Below, piece after piece: positions 11,183 through 23,900 of a DNA stretch of 64,000 nt; positions within the stretch are counted from its first letter, which is position 1, and each line of letters starts with the position of its first letter. A program made the translations under genes and the position numbers. The notes under the pieces were generated by a model, which made no database searches, had not been told where the DNA came from, and saw only the letters and a list, made by a program, of their open reading frames with translations. This stretch comes from Bugula neritina (lineage: Eukaryota; Animalia; Bryozoa): NCBI GenBank assembly GCA_964035545.1, contig OZ037767.1, forward strand, positions 8,256,581-8,320,580, written 5' to 3'.

Positions 11183-14100
11183 GTGCTACCACTCACCAAC
11201 CGCTTTAGCCAGCTACCGGAGACGGAGCTGGCCGGCGAGGTCTCTCGGGACATCGGAAGGGAACTAAACACCCCTCCGCCGAAGAAGCGGCGCCCGCCTA
11301 CCACCAAACGGACACCACGCCGTTTGACCGAGGCTACGCATGCTGGGGAAGTAAGGTTGCAGCCGCATGGGGAGAGCTACTTCCTGCCCGGGAAGGTAGC
11401 TGGCAAGGCTGTTACATTCTTGCTGGACTCCGGTTGCAACACGAATCTCCTCAGCCGACGAGTCTTCGATGCCCTCCCTGCTCAGGTGAGGAAGGGGTTA
11501 GCTCCCTACACCGGGGAACCTGGCACCCTCGCAGACGGGTCGTGTATCCCTTTCTACGGTGTTGTAGAGCTGCCTGGTCGCGTCCGCGACCAGGCCGTCC
11601 AAGAGACATTTATCCTCAGTCAGCTGGAAGAGGATGCTATCCTGGGGACGCCGTTCTTGAAACGACACCAGTGCCACATGGACTTCCATAAGTCCGCCAT
11701 ACTAATGGCAGGCCGGGAGCTCTCTTGTGTCGACAAGTTTGATCGCCCCCTGGTCGGGGGCGTGCAGGTGGTCCGTAACTGTACGGTACCCGGCCGCTCC
11801 CGGGCGACCACTCACTGCAGAGTGAATGACCGCCAGCTCTCTGGATTAGGGGTTGTCGAAGGAACGCACCCGAGAATCCAACTCGCCAGCAGATTAAATT
11901 GGCTGACTGACCGGGGGAGATCTTGTTGCAGTGCGTCAACCCCTTTTCAGAGTCGGTGACACTACCGTCTGGATCCCTATTGGGCCGTTTCCACACGGTC
12001 CAAGAGGGAGACATAGGACCGTCGCTGGGCGAAGTGACGGAGGGTCGCCAAGAGCGCCCGTCTGTATGGCGGGGGACCGTCCCGGAACACGTCCAAGAAC
12101 TATATGAGTCAGCCTGCGAAGGCTGTGCGGGCAACAAGGAGCGCCAGGCTATGGCCCAGTTGCTGCGCCAGTATGGGGACGTGTTCAGCAGCGGAGACCA
12201 GGACATGGGCTTAACCAAAGCCGTCTGTCACGAGATACCGCTAGCTGCCGGGACTTTGCCTATCCGCCAACCCACCCGGAGACTGGGACCAGTGAAAGAA
12301 AAAGGAGGTCAGCCGACAAGTCCGAGATCTTTGGGACCGCGGCATCATAGAGCCTGCACATAGTGCGTTGAGCTCGCCGGTCGTCCTGGTCCGGAAGAAA
12401 AACAGCAGTTGGCGGTTCTGTGTGGATTACCGCAAACTTAACAGCGTGACCATACAGGACGCCTACCCTCTACCTCGGATCGATGAATCCCTGGACGCCT
12501 TAGCCGGCAGCAAGTACTTCAGTACTTTAGACTTGCTGAGCGGTTACTGGCAAGTCCCCCTCAGTCCCGACGCCCAGGAAAAAGCGGCGTTCATCACCAG
12601 AGACGGGCTGTGGAAGTGGAAGGTACTGCCCTTTGGGTTAACCTCTGCTCCTGCTACCTTCCAGCGGCTCATGGAACAGGTCCTCAGCGGCCTCCACTGG
12701 AAGACGCTGCTCGTCTACCTCGAGGACGTCATCGTGATCTCCCCAGACTTCGCGACCCACGTCAGTCGTCTGAGGGAGGTCTTCGAACGACTCCGAGGTG
12801 CTGGTCTCAAGCTCAAACCTTCCAAATGCGCTCTCTTGCATCCGGAGGTGAAGTACCTAGGGCACGTAGTCGGCCGTGAGGGCTTGGCGACGGACCCTGA
12901 CAAGGTGCGGGCTGTGGCCGACTGGGTCACCCCCCAGGATTTGACCGGACTCCGGGCTTTCCTGGGGCTGGTAGGGTATTATAGACAATACATACCAGAC
13001 TTTGCGGGAGTTGCACAGCCGTTAAATCGGCTCACCGCAAAAGGGGTGGCCTGGCAGTGGACAGCCGTCGAACAGAGGGCATTCGACAGTCTCAAGCGCC
13101 GCTTGCTAGAGGCTCCAATTCTGGCCTACCCAGACCCCGCTCTGGAGTATATCCTTGACACAGACGCCAGTGACCAGAATGTTGGCGCTGTGCTGTCACA
13201 GGTACAAGAGGGCCGGGAAGTAGTCATAGCTTATTACAGCAAATCACTCTCACCTCCAGAGCGCAATTACTGCACCACTCGCAAGGAGTTGCTGGTAGTA
13301 ATCAAGTCAGTGAAACACTTCCGGCCTTATCTCTACGGTAGGCCGTTCCGCTTGCGGACGGACCACGCCTCCTTGATCTGGCTGTGTAAGAGAGCTGAGC
13401 CGTCCAGTCAAGTCGCCCGATGGCTCGAAGTCCTGGCCGAGTTTTCATACCGGATCAAACATCGACCCGGTAGGAAACACGGCAATGCAGACGGGCTGAG
13501 CCGGCGGCCGGACGAGGGGTGTAAACAGTGTCATCATTTTGAGAGAAGGGATGGGGGTCCCCCAAGATCTGAGTTGGTGACACTGGAACACTTTGAGGTG
13601 AGCTACGACTGGGACCAAGGTCGACTCCGACCGAGGGATCCTAATCCACCGGAGGCTGTCAACCATCTCCGCGCCAACCCTGTCTTGGCTCGCAATGTTA
13701 GAGAGCTGCAGAAACTCCAGGAGGACCTCCCTGGGGTAGTAGCTGACATATATCGAGCTAAACGGGAAGGGCGACGACCCAGTGAAGAACAGCTACGGCA
13801 AGGGTGCGCCGAATTACGGCTGTACTGCCAACGCTGGGACTCTCTGCGGATCGGGCCAGACGGTCTACTGACCATCACCTTTGCCACCGACCAGAGTAAC
13901 CATGGTCGAGAAAGGGTGATCTGCCCAGCCGCCATCCGCCGAGAGCTAGTATGGGACACCCACCGACAGGCTCACGCCGGAGCTCAGAGGGTGCTTATCA
14001 AGCTAAGGCTCCGGTGGCATTGGCCCAACATGGAGCGTGACGTCCGCCTAAGGATCAAGCAATGCACAGGATAGTTAAGGGCAACCTTTTAGCTGCAACT

Positions 14101-16411
14101 GCCTTGCTGAGGTTTGCATTGTAATCATATAAGAATTCAGTACCAGTAAAATAAAATCTCAACTAATTGTGCTAGAGTCAAAATTTAAAAACTATGTTAT
14201 AGATCTTCTTTTTCTCCAGTGTAAGTTTTTTGGAAATTTCAATTTTCATTTTTTTTGTGAAGTTATAGACAAAAAACTGCCCAATTTTGGCCAATTTTGC
14301 CTGAAAAGCTGACTTTTCAGTACCAGTAAAATATCTCAGCAGCAAAGCATGATATCTGAATAAAAATTGCACTGCTGGAATCCTGAGATATTTCTCCAGT
14401 GTTATTTTTTTTCTTTTTCCAATAACTCTGCTAGATTGCTCATAAATTGGTGATTTATACACTGAAAATGCCATATTTTCTCATAAGAAACTAGCAGCGC
14501 GCAGAACTTCACGCTTCACTGAGCACGTAGGGATGAGAAGATATTGGCGTCTATATAATAATTACAGACTAGCTAGCTGGCAGGCTATAATAAATAGCTC
14601 GCTTTGTACTTTGTTTATGTAGCACCCATAATGGAATGTTGATATATTACGCAGCCCTAATGAAGATTGGTGCTTATTGGTTGTAGTTTAATCTTAGGCT
14701 AAACAATTACAAGTAGGCAACACGCATGCCACCCGCAGCGCAATATTATTCAAGAACCTGAACTACATTTTGAATGAAATTTATGATATTCTTAGTGAGG
14801 ATGCCCTTAACTATCCTGTGTGCGAAGTCTGCCAGGCCAGCAAGCATGGCCGTCTCCCTAGGGAGGCGGGACGGCGTAGGCTCTATGCTGGCAGGCCTTG
14901 GCAGGTGGTGGCTGTTGACTTGGTCGGACCCATGCCTCTCACCCCCAGAGGAAACAGTTGGATTCTAGTGCTGACTGACCACTTCACTAGGTGGGCAGAC
15001 GCACTGGCTATTCCAGACGCGTCTGCCCCGACAGTGGCCAGCACACTAGACCAGCGTGTATTCTGCTACTTTGGGTTGCCCGAGCAACTACACTCGGACC
15101 AGGGGTCGCAATTTTAGTCCCAACTGATGAGCGACCTCTGCCGCCTCTGGGGTGTAAACCAAAGTAGGACCACTCCATACCACCCTCAAGGTAACGGAGT
15201 GGTCGAACGCAACAACCGGATGCTGGGCGACGCACTCCGCAGTCTATTACTCGGCCGAGGCCAGGAGGAATGGGATCTCGTGTTGCCACAGGTTATGAGG
15301 GCTTATCGCAGCACGCCCCATACCAGCACCGGCGAGACCCCCAACTTCTTCACCCTCGGTCGTGAGACACGGGTGCCCGACCACCTCGCCTATCATACTC
15401 CGGAACCAGAATACTCTGTCCATGAGTACGCTGGGGAAATGATAGAGCGTCTGAGAGTCGCACACGAAATACTGCGAGATAAGCAGTGGCAGGTGCGACA
15501 GGAAGACGCTGATGAACCACCCCTCTACCAGACCGGGGACTGGGTCTGGATGATCAACTACCATAGGCGTCGAGGACAGGCGGCTAAATTACAGCCTAAG
15601 TTTGTAGGACCCTACGTAGTAGTTGAGGTGATGCCCAATCACACTTACAAGTTGGAGCGGTCTGGACAGGTATCTGTCCAGAATGAACCCCGCTTGAAAC
15701 CCTATTGGGCTAGCCCAGGTGCGGCCGGGGGTGCCCCCCCCATTGTTAAAGCCCAGGAGGCAGACAACAATGCGGGGGCGGCGGCGGCGGCATAAACCCA
15801 ATGATGAGTGGGTTATGCCACGGACAGAAGACTTGGCAAGGCAGGAGAGGCCACCTCCCCCAACGGGGCCACACCCTCTGCCTCCAGAGCAAAGCCGTTC
15901 GACCCCAGAGCTACCACCACCACTTCCGGATATAAGTATACTTTCGGAAGTGCAAAACCCCCACACGGGAGGGGCTCCGTCCGGAGAGAACAGAGGGGAA
16001 GAAGGAATAACAGCTGACGGGAGGCAGGAAACACCACCAGTGGAGAATAACAACCCACTGGTGAGTACACCACCTCCCTCACCAGCTACACCACCTTCCC
16101 CGGCGTCTACCACTAGTACATCTCCCCTCCTTGAAAGGGGACAACGTACTAGAAGACCCCCAGCTTATCTTCAAGACTTCGTATGCGACCGCATTACAAG
16201 CGGCAGGTATGAAAGTCCAGCTGGGCGCCGTACGGAAAGACTGGCAGCAAAGCGTGGGAGTTATGAACACCACGTAAAAACCAAGTTTTGCGAAAACGGA
16301 ATAGCGAGTGGAATTACCACTCTCCGGGCATACATTTTCGGTCTCGCACAACAAACACGCTGCCCAGCCTTTTCCTACGCCGACGCGGTCAAGAGTAGAC
16401 GTACTTTCTAA
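11183..16411 (+). pseudogene. pol: Element B pol (frameshifts, YLED in RT, DNA transposon inside integrase)
   Basis: LLDSG, RT, RNase H and IN motifs across ORFs 11183-16411. Confidence 0.95.
14065..14820. mobile_element. Non-autonomous CACTA/EnSpm-like DNA transposon (756 bp)
   Basis: TIR CACAGGATAGTTAAGGGCA, 2-bp TSD TG; removal restores integrase KQCEVC. Confidence 0.9.
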
Positions 16412-16496
16412 TCCATCTGCATCCAAGCTTGAACGTCGAGTATGAGTATAAATACCGAGTTCCCAGGTAAGCTTGCTTAGATCTAACACTCCACTA

Positions 16497-17591
16497 ATGG
16501 AAGTAGATCTCACCTCAGTCAACTCTGATTTAATCGATCTGATTGAATCACAGTTACTGGAGACAGAGTCACACGTGAATGACGACGAGAACATAGTAAT
16601 GGCGGATGATCTACTAGATCTGGAGCTTGATAATATGTCTCTCAGTCAGTTTACACGTTCTGACACAGTCTCTCGAGTGCCGTATAAAAAGATGCATGAC
16701 TCTCAGACTAATAACAGTCGATTGTCATCAGAATTATGCTGTAAAGATCAAACTCGATCTAACAATAATTCTGCTCTTTTAGACGCCACTCGCTCTCCTG
16801 ACTACGGAGATATGCCACCATTAGAAATGGCCTGGAATAGTGAGACACCTCCTACCTCCCTACCAGACGTGCTACTTCAGCAACATAGCTGGGTCGCACC
16901 AGAGACAGAAAAGCTGATTCAACTACACCGCGGCCATGACGAATGCACCACCTGCAGGCTGTGTCAGCAGTACTTCTCCACCCATCGCCGTTTGCGCGTC
17001 CACGTACCGCAGCACTTCCTAACTACTCTCTGTCCCTGTGGTGAATATAGTTACCACAGGGACTACATTCTCAGACATCAGCGTACTATGGACTGCCATG
17101 TGGGACACTTGTACGATGTGGACAAATACAACTTCCCCACCTTTCTCAATCTGATCAAACCTTTCATTAAGGATCTCCCCCGCTTTGAACGGCTCAAACA
17201 CGGATTCCCCTCACCTCGCATCATCACTCATGGACCGTGTCCAAGACCTCCCAGACATAAGAAACCTACCAAGCCATCTCACTCTCCTCCCGCACAGACC
17301 ATACCTCGTCCCTCCACCCTACCTCAAGTTCTACTTCACCGAGTTGAGATACCCCAAAAACGACGTTCCCCTTCCCCACTCCTATGCAGCCTTCTTCTAA
17401 ACGGCGATGGAGACCCTCCTCCCCGAAACGGCAGCCTCCTACAGCCCGCAACATAAAAGAAGTCGAGCTCCGTATGTATGAATTAGAAGCTGAGATTCAA
17501 CGGCTGACCCCCCAGAGTTGCTGCAGCCACTTCCGAAATGAAGACCCTTAAAGCTTCCGTGGCCCTCCTCAAACGGGGCGATCAAGACTGA
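16497..17591 (+). CDS. Element B ORF3 zinc-finger protein (frameshifts before and within the C-terminal coiled coil)
   Basis: ORF 16473-17456: acidic N-terminus, CRLC-x12-H-x3-H, CPC-x12-H-x5-C, Pro-rich region; heptad tail ELRMYELEAEIQRL in another frame. Confidence 0.8.
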
Positions 17592-17928
17592 TGGCAGCTG
17601 TATCCTCCCCCTCCACTTCTCTGACTATCCACACCTGCAGGTGGTGACGACCTCTCTCTCTATTCCTTCCCTCCTCTGACCGTCTCTAGTCGGTGTTGCA
17701 CGATCTCCGTACCTGTGATTACATTATTCTGTTTTACTATTATTATATTTTTCTTATGTCAATATAAATTGCTCAATAGTGTGTAAGCTCTTTTGGAGGT
17801 ATCCACCTTACGTGATGTTTAGATCTTATATTTTTTTGGATTCTTTTTTTACGTAATAAATTGTTTTATTATTATTATTTTTTTTGGTGCATATCAGGAA
17901 GGTATGCTTCCTGCTGGGGGGGGGGCGG

Positions 17929-18205
17929 TGTAATGGGGCGTGGTTTACGCCTCGCGCGTATCCCCCTGCCAATCAGTGTGTGATTGGCAACTATTGGATG
18001 AAGCCAAGCAGGACAATTTATTAGTTAGTTAGCGTATACTTGCTGTGATGTAAAGTAGTAATTGTGCTAATACTTATAGAGATTTTTACGTCATATTTTA
18101 CAGTTTTATAATAAAGTCTTACACACGAAAACATCAGTGAATTGCTTGTGACTAGATGCAGATTGCTCACTAGAAGCCCACACAAACATTGTGCTTCGCA
18201 CAACA
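17929..18205 (+). repeat. Element B 3' LTR (277 bp)
   Basis: Follows the PPT, TG..CA, followed by the TSD. Confidence 0.9.
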
Positions 18206-18266
18206 ATATTAATATGCATGTTAGTACACATATTAGTACACATATTAGTACACATATTAGTACACA
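18206..18266. repeat. Right part of the TAGTACACATAT minisatellite
   Basis: Same units as 2148-2333, starting directly after the B 3' LTR. Confidence 0.9.
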
Positions 18267-18645
18267 CTATACACCTCTAGTTTTTAGCTATTTTTTTACA
18301 GTTTATAGCTGCTATGTAGCTATATAGTTTCTTGCATTAAACTGATAAAATATTAACAATTTTAGCTATATATGCATGGTTTCTTTAATTTTGCTTTATT
18401 TTCGATGTTTCATCCTAATTTTTAAGTAAATTTAGGTGTGTAGGCATGATGCTTTTTTTAGGATTTGAATCAATTTTCAATTATTATATTTAGTATTGCT
18501 GCAATTGGAACATTTGATTGTTCGACATTGTAGAACTATTACTAATTTGAGCACAGCTTAATTTCAATTACTTTTAAAAATACTCGTTATATGTTTCAAC
18601 CGAGCATATTCATTACCTCTCAATAAAAGTAATTAGCTCACTCAC

Positions 18646-18782
18646 CAGTGCATATTTCAGTTCGCAGTTTTTATCTATGTAACTTGATTGGCAATTTGTA
18701 TGACATTCACCACCAAAAAATATGCAGTTTGTTTGAGTTTGACATGTGCATTTCATATCACAATTGTTGGATTGACAGCTCT
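18646..18782 (-). CDS. Host gene exon, EGF-like Cys-rich repeat (SCQSNNCDMKCTCQTQTNCIFFGGECHTNCQSSYIDKNCELKYAL)
   Basis: TTTTATAG acceptor, GTGAGT donor, open frame with 8 Cys, phase 1 to phase 0. Confidence 0.85.
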
Positions 18783-19145
18783 CTATAAAATATAAAATGT
18801 TAAGTTCTAAAGCCAGGTCTATATAAGCTACAAAAATGCTTTTAACATGTTTTTGGAAATTTCAAGTTATATAGATAACACAGTATTTGGATTTGGCAGT
18901 CTATTTACAACAGGATCAAAGCATTGCATTTTTGTGTACTCAGATTGTCAAAAAATAAGATCATATTGATCAGATCCAACTAGTTAAGGTCAAACTAAAA
19001 TCGACCCATGAAGAGGCAGTATAATTTTATGATTTACAATAAATTATTAAGGTGTGAATTCTGTAGAACCAATGATAATTAAATACGATCTCCCTGTAAT
19101 TATGAGATAGGAAGGTATAAGAGCTATCGGTTAATTAGAACGTAT

Positions 19146-19483
19146 TGTTATGATTTTCAGATTTAGGGTTGATATGCAATCCAGAGAGTCTATTTATTTG
19201 CTAGAGAACTTCACCAGGATAAGTCGAGTGAATACGAGTATATTTACACACAAGAATACATCACAAAAACTATACAAATGCATTCAGCAAACTGTACATC
19301 TATACCATTCAGCACTCTATCTTCGACTAACTAGCAGCGGGAAAACTAACTACTGCTACTAACTATCAGTGTCGCTAATTGGCTGTCCATTTTTCCGGGT
19401 CAATTACGTGACCCCATGCTGTAGTAGTGGGGGAAAATAACATTTCCCCATATTATGTACTGGTAGCTTCACGAGCCACCACA
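19146..19483 (-). repeat. Element C 3' LTR
   Basis: Direct repeat of 26473-26811. Confidence 0.93.
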
Positions 19484-19575
19484 CCGCCCCCACCAGCAGA
19501 AAGCCCTCTTTCTGATACACAAAAAAAACTTTACAATTAACTACGTACATTAGTAGACCAAAAAGAAAAAGACAT

Positions 19576-19679
<104 letters not shown>

Positions 19680-19867
19680 TGCACAATAACAGACATAGTC
19701 ATTATAACAGCATGTCACATACATTTGGCTAGCTATAGAGAGAGAATACCGGCTAGTTGTAGTATTGGACAAGAGGTCGAACTGTCGAGCTGTCAAGCAT
19801 TTACATGATAGTCTTGGGCCTCCAAGAGGGTGAGGCTTGCGGATCATTCCGGGCAGAAGAACCAGGG

Positions 19868-20942
19868 TCAGTGTTTGGCAAGCCGATGTTTGGCCTGGCG
19901 GGCACGTAGCTTCCTTTTAATCCGGCCAACCGAGCCCTTTAACTGATAAAGTCCCGTTGTAGTACTAAGCAGATCCAGTGCTAACTGGGTGAACTCAGCC
20001 TGCAGCCGGAGGAGACGCTCCTCTACAGTGGCCAGGCGAGCGGGGTCTGGGGACGGCGTCCGCCTTCGACGAGGGGGGAACCTGGAAATTGGGTCCGCCT
20101 TCTAGTCGGAGGTGAGGAGACTTCTTCTCCTTCAGGATAGACAAACTCTTCGGGGGTATACACAATCTGAGGGCGGTCGGAGACCAACGGGGATTGTTGC
20201 CTGGCATAGTATAATACATGTTGAAAACCCGAAGTCAGGACGGCCAACAGCATTGCCTTCTTTACTAAGGGTCGTATCAGAGTCAGGAATTCTGGGTAGA
20301 GTTTAGCATCTACCACGTAATTCTCTCCGAAGAAACAGCCCACCCCCCCGGTGTCTAGTGACGGGATAGGGGTAGACATCATTGTATCCGCAGGGACAGA
20401 ATGTGAGTAAGAGGTGGGCGTTGACATGTAGCTTCAGGGAGCGAAGAGAGGCACACTCTTCGTTACCAATCTGGCACCATGTCCTTCCTTTGGGTCCCTA
20501 GGCTGTTTCTATCTGCTCCTTCGTTTCCGGCGACACCCACCGCCAGCGGCGGCGCAGTGGCTCAGGCCGGTCACCATTGGTGTACTCCTTGTGATGCGGA
20601 ACGGGAGGTGCTCTATCCCATACCCTGGTTGTAACGGGTCGAGTGTAACCTGAAAGAGTTTTAACAGCGTTAGTATAATACACTGCAGTGTTGTCGGCTT
20701 AGACAGCCTGGCAACTTCTCGTTCAGTTAACACTCGTAGAGATTTGTGGTAGTGAATAGTTGGATAGAACACATATTACAATGAGATTGTAAAATTTATA
20801 TGTCAAACTGAGTTCCTACCACGGTAGTTCACTAACCTATCTCCAGCTGAATTGACTCAGGTGAGTCGGAGCTGAGTGATGCAATCTAGATTTCATATCA
20901 AGATATAGTTAACTCACCCCACAATCCGTTGTCGTAAGACAT
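19868..20942 (-). pseudogene. Element C ORF3 zinc-finger/coiled-coil protein; predicted exons 20918-20942 and 19868-20649; disrupted
   Basis: WVSPETKEQI, LKLHVNAH..FCPCG, YVVDAKLYPEFLTLIRP, heptad tail; GTGAGT donor, TACTAAC branch point, CTTTCAG acceptor. Confidence 0.78.
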
Positions 20943-20966
20943 ACTGAGTTTGTGAAATGGTTTGAA

Positions 20967-23900
20967 CTATTGACTAGGAACACGTCTGCTCTTGACTGCA
21001 TCAGCATAAGAAAAGATCGAGCAACGTGGTTGGGGTGCGTGACTAAGACTTTGCGCACCCGACGAATGAATTTTGTTTCTAAATCTGCCGATACAAAAGT
21101 TGATATTTCCGTGGTGTTGACAACTCCCACAATTGCTCGATACTTTTCCCGTATGGTTCCCCGCTAGACTTTCATACACGCCGCTTTTAATGCAGTCACA
21201 TACGAAGTCCTTTAAGTATGATGGGGGTTACCTCGTACGTTGTCCCCGCTCTAGGGGAGGTGACGCACTTGCCGGTGTACTAGTAGAGGCCTCTGGTGAC
21301 GTCTCCACTTCACCGTTAGTGGTCACTTCTTCCTGCTCTCCAGATAGAGCCCCTCCCTCCGTGGGGATTTGCACATCCGGAACCGGCTCGGTCTCTGGAA
21401 GTGTTGGAATCAGACTTGGCGTAGGCGGTGGCGGACGCGCTTCTGTAGGCAAAAGCGGTCACTCATCTCTCACCAAGTCTTCTTCCGGCGGAATGACCAT
21501 GTCATATTCAGGTCCATGCCGCCGTCGCCCACGCGTTGTCGTCTGCCTCCTGGGCTCCAACAACGGGGGGGGGGCTTCTCCCACTGCGTCGGGGCTAGCC
21601 CAATACGGCTTCAAGCGAGCCTCATTCTGGATAGACACCTGTCCTGAGCGCTCGATCTTGTAGGTGTGGTTGGGCATAGCCTCGACTATCACGTAGGGTC
21701 CCACGAACTTAGGCTGTAACTTAGCCGCCTGCCCGCGACGCCTACGGTAATTGACCATCCACACCCGATCTCCCGTCTGGTAGAGGGGTGGTTCCTCGGA
21801 ACCTTCGTGTCGCACCTTCCACTGCTGTTCTCGCAGTATTTCGTGTGCGACCTTCATCCGTTCCACTAGTTCGCTGGCATACTCGTGAACCTAGTTGTCT
21901 TGCTCTAGAACATGGTAGGTAAGATGGTCAGGGAACCGAGTCTCTCTTTCGAGCATCAAGAGGTTTGGGGTATCACCAGTATTGGTGTGTGGGGTGCTAC
22001 GGTATGCGCGCATGATTTGCGGCAATACCGTGTCCCATTCCTCCTGACTGCGTCCGAGGAGGAGACTCCGGAGCGCATCACCTAACATACGGTTATTGCG
22101 CTCCACCACCCCGTTACCTTGGGGATGGTAAGGGGTGGTCCTGCTCTGATTTACTCCCCAGAGGCGGCAAAGGTCGCTCATCAGTTGGGACTGAAACTGA
22201 GCGCCTTGATCAGAGTGTATCTGTTCGGGGAGACCGAAATAACAGAATACATGTTGGTCTAGTGCCCTGGCCACTGTCGGGGGGACGCATCTGGGATAGC
22301 CAGAGCATCTGCCCACCTCGTAAAGTGGTCGGCCAATACTAAGATCCAACTATTGCCTCTGGGGGTCAGGGGCATGGGTCCGACCAGGTCAACAGCTACT
22401 ACTTGCCACGGCCTTCCAGCATATAGCCTCCGCCGTCCCGCTTCACCAGGGAGACGGCCATGCTTACTGGCCTGGCAGATTTCACACTGTTTTACCCTGA
22501 GCCGGACATCTCGCCCCATTTTGGGCCAATACAACCGGAGTTGTAATTTAGAGATCACTCTCTTGACCCCTGCGTGGGCCTGTTTGTGAGCGTCCCAGAT
22601 TAACTCACGGCGTATGGCACTGGGGCAGACCACCCTCTTCCTCTTCGGGTGTCGGCCGTTGGCAGCTAGAGAAATGGTCAGCAGACCATCCTGCCCGATC
22701 CTCAGCAAGTTCCAACGCTGGTAGACCAGCCGGAACTCGACGCATCTCTGCCGTATGCGTTCCTCCCTGGGTCGTCGCCGTTCCTTTTTGGCTCGATATA
22801 TGTCTGCCACTACTCCAGGCAGCTCTTCCTGGAGCTTCTTCAGCTCCCGGACATTATCGGCCAATACAGGATTGGCGCGGAGCTTTTGCACAACCTCCGG
22901 GTACTTGTCAACCTCCTGCCTGAGTTGACCCTGGTCCCAGTCAAACTGTGCTCCGTGGTGAGCCAGTGTCTCCAATTCACATCGTGGGGGACCTCCGTCC
23001 CTCCTCTCGATGTTGAGACACTGTTTGCAACCTCCATCGGGTTGGCGGCTCAAACCATCCGCATTGCTGTGTCTCTTGCCCGGTCGATGTTCGATCCGGT
23101 ATGAGAACTCAGCTAGGATTTCGAGCCACTGGGCGACCTGACTGGAGGGTTCTGCTCTCTTGCACAACCAGATCAGCGAGGCATGGTCTGTACGCAACCG
23201 GAATTTCCTGCCGTATAGGTATGGTCTAAAGTGCTTCACTGACTTGATTACTGCCAACAGCTCCTTGCGGTTAGTGCAGTAATTTCGTTCAGTGGGGGAG
23301 AGAGACTTGCTGTAGTAGGCTACTACTACCTTTCAGCCTTCCTGCACTTGAGACAGCACAGCACCAACATTCTGGTCACTGGCGTCAGTGTCGAGGATGT
23401 ACTCCAGAGTAGGATCTGGGTAGGCCAAGATAGGTGCCGTCAGTAGGCAACCTTTGAGGCGGTTGAACGCTCCTTGTTTGACCGGGGTCCACTGCCACGT
23501 CACTCCCTTTGCGGTGAGCCGGTTTAACGGCTGTGCTATGCCCGCAAAGTCCGGTATGTATTGTCTGTAATACCCTACCAGCCCCAAAAAGCCCGAAGTC
23601 CGGTCAAGTCTTGGGGGGGTGACCCAGTCTTCTATCGCCCGTACCTTTTCGGGATCCGTTGCCACGCCGTTTCGATCGACAACGTGCCCCAGGTACTTGA
23701 CCTCCGGCTGCAATAGAGTGCACTTGGAAGGTTTGAGCTTCAGAATGGCACCTCGGAGTCTCTCGAAAACCTCCCGCAGACGACTGATATGTGTCTCGAA
23801 GTCTGGGGAGATCACGATGACATCATCGAGGTAGATCAGCAGTGTCTTCCAATGGAGCCCGCTGAGGACTTGCTCCATCAGCCTCTGGAAGGTGGCTGGG

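Larger units (their letters stand above)
9964..18205 (+). mobile_element. Ty3/Gypsy LTR retrotransposon B (defective, interrupted by a CACTA-like element, discordant LTRs)
   Basis: 5' LTR 9964-10371, 3' LTR 17929-18205, TSD ATAT, PBS 10373, G-rich PPT before 17929. Confidence 0.95.

Noticed and set aside
14178-14474. Recurrent 60-100 aa ORFs (also 37189, 47153, 49240) as a gene family or transposase
   Set aside because: They recur only because they lie in the repeated CACTA-like arm; the frame is not kept between copies and there are no transposase motifs.
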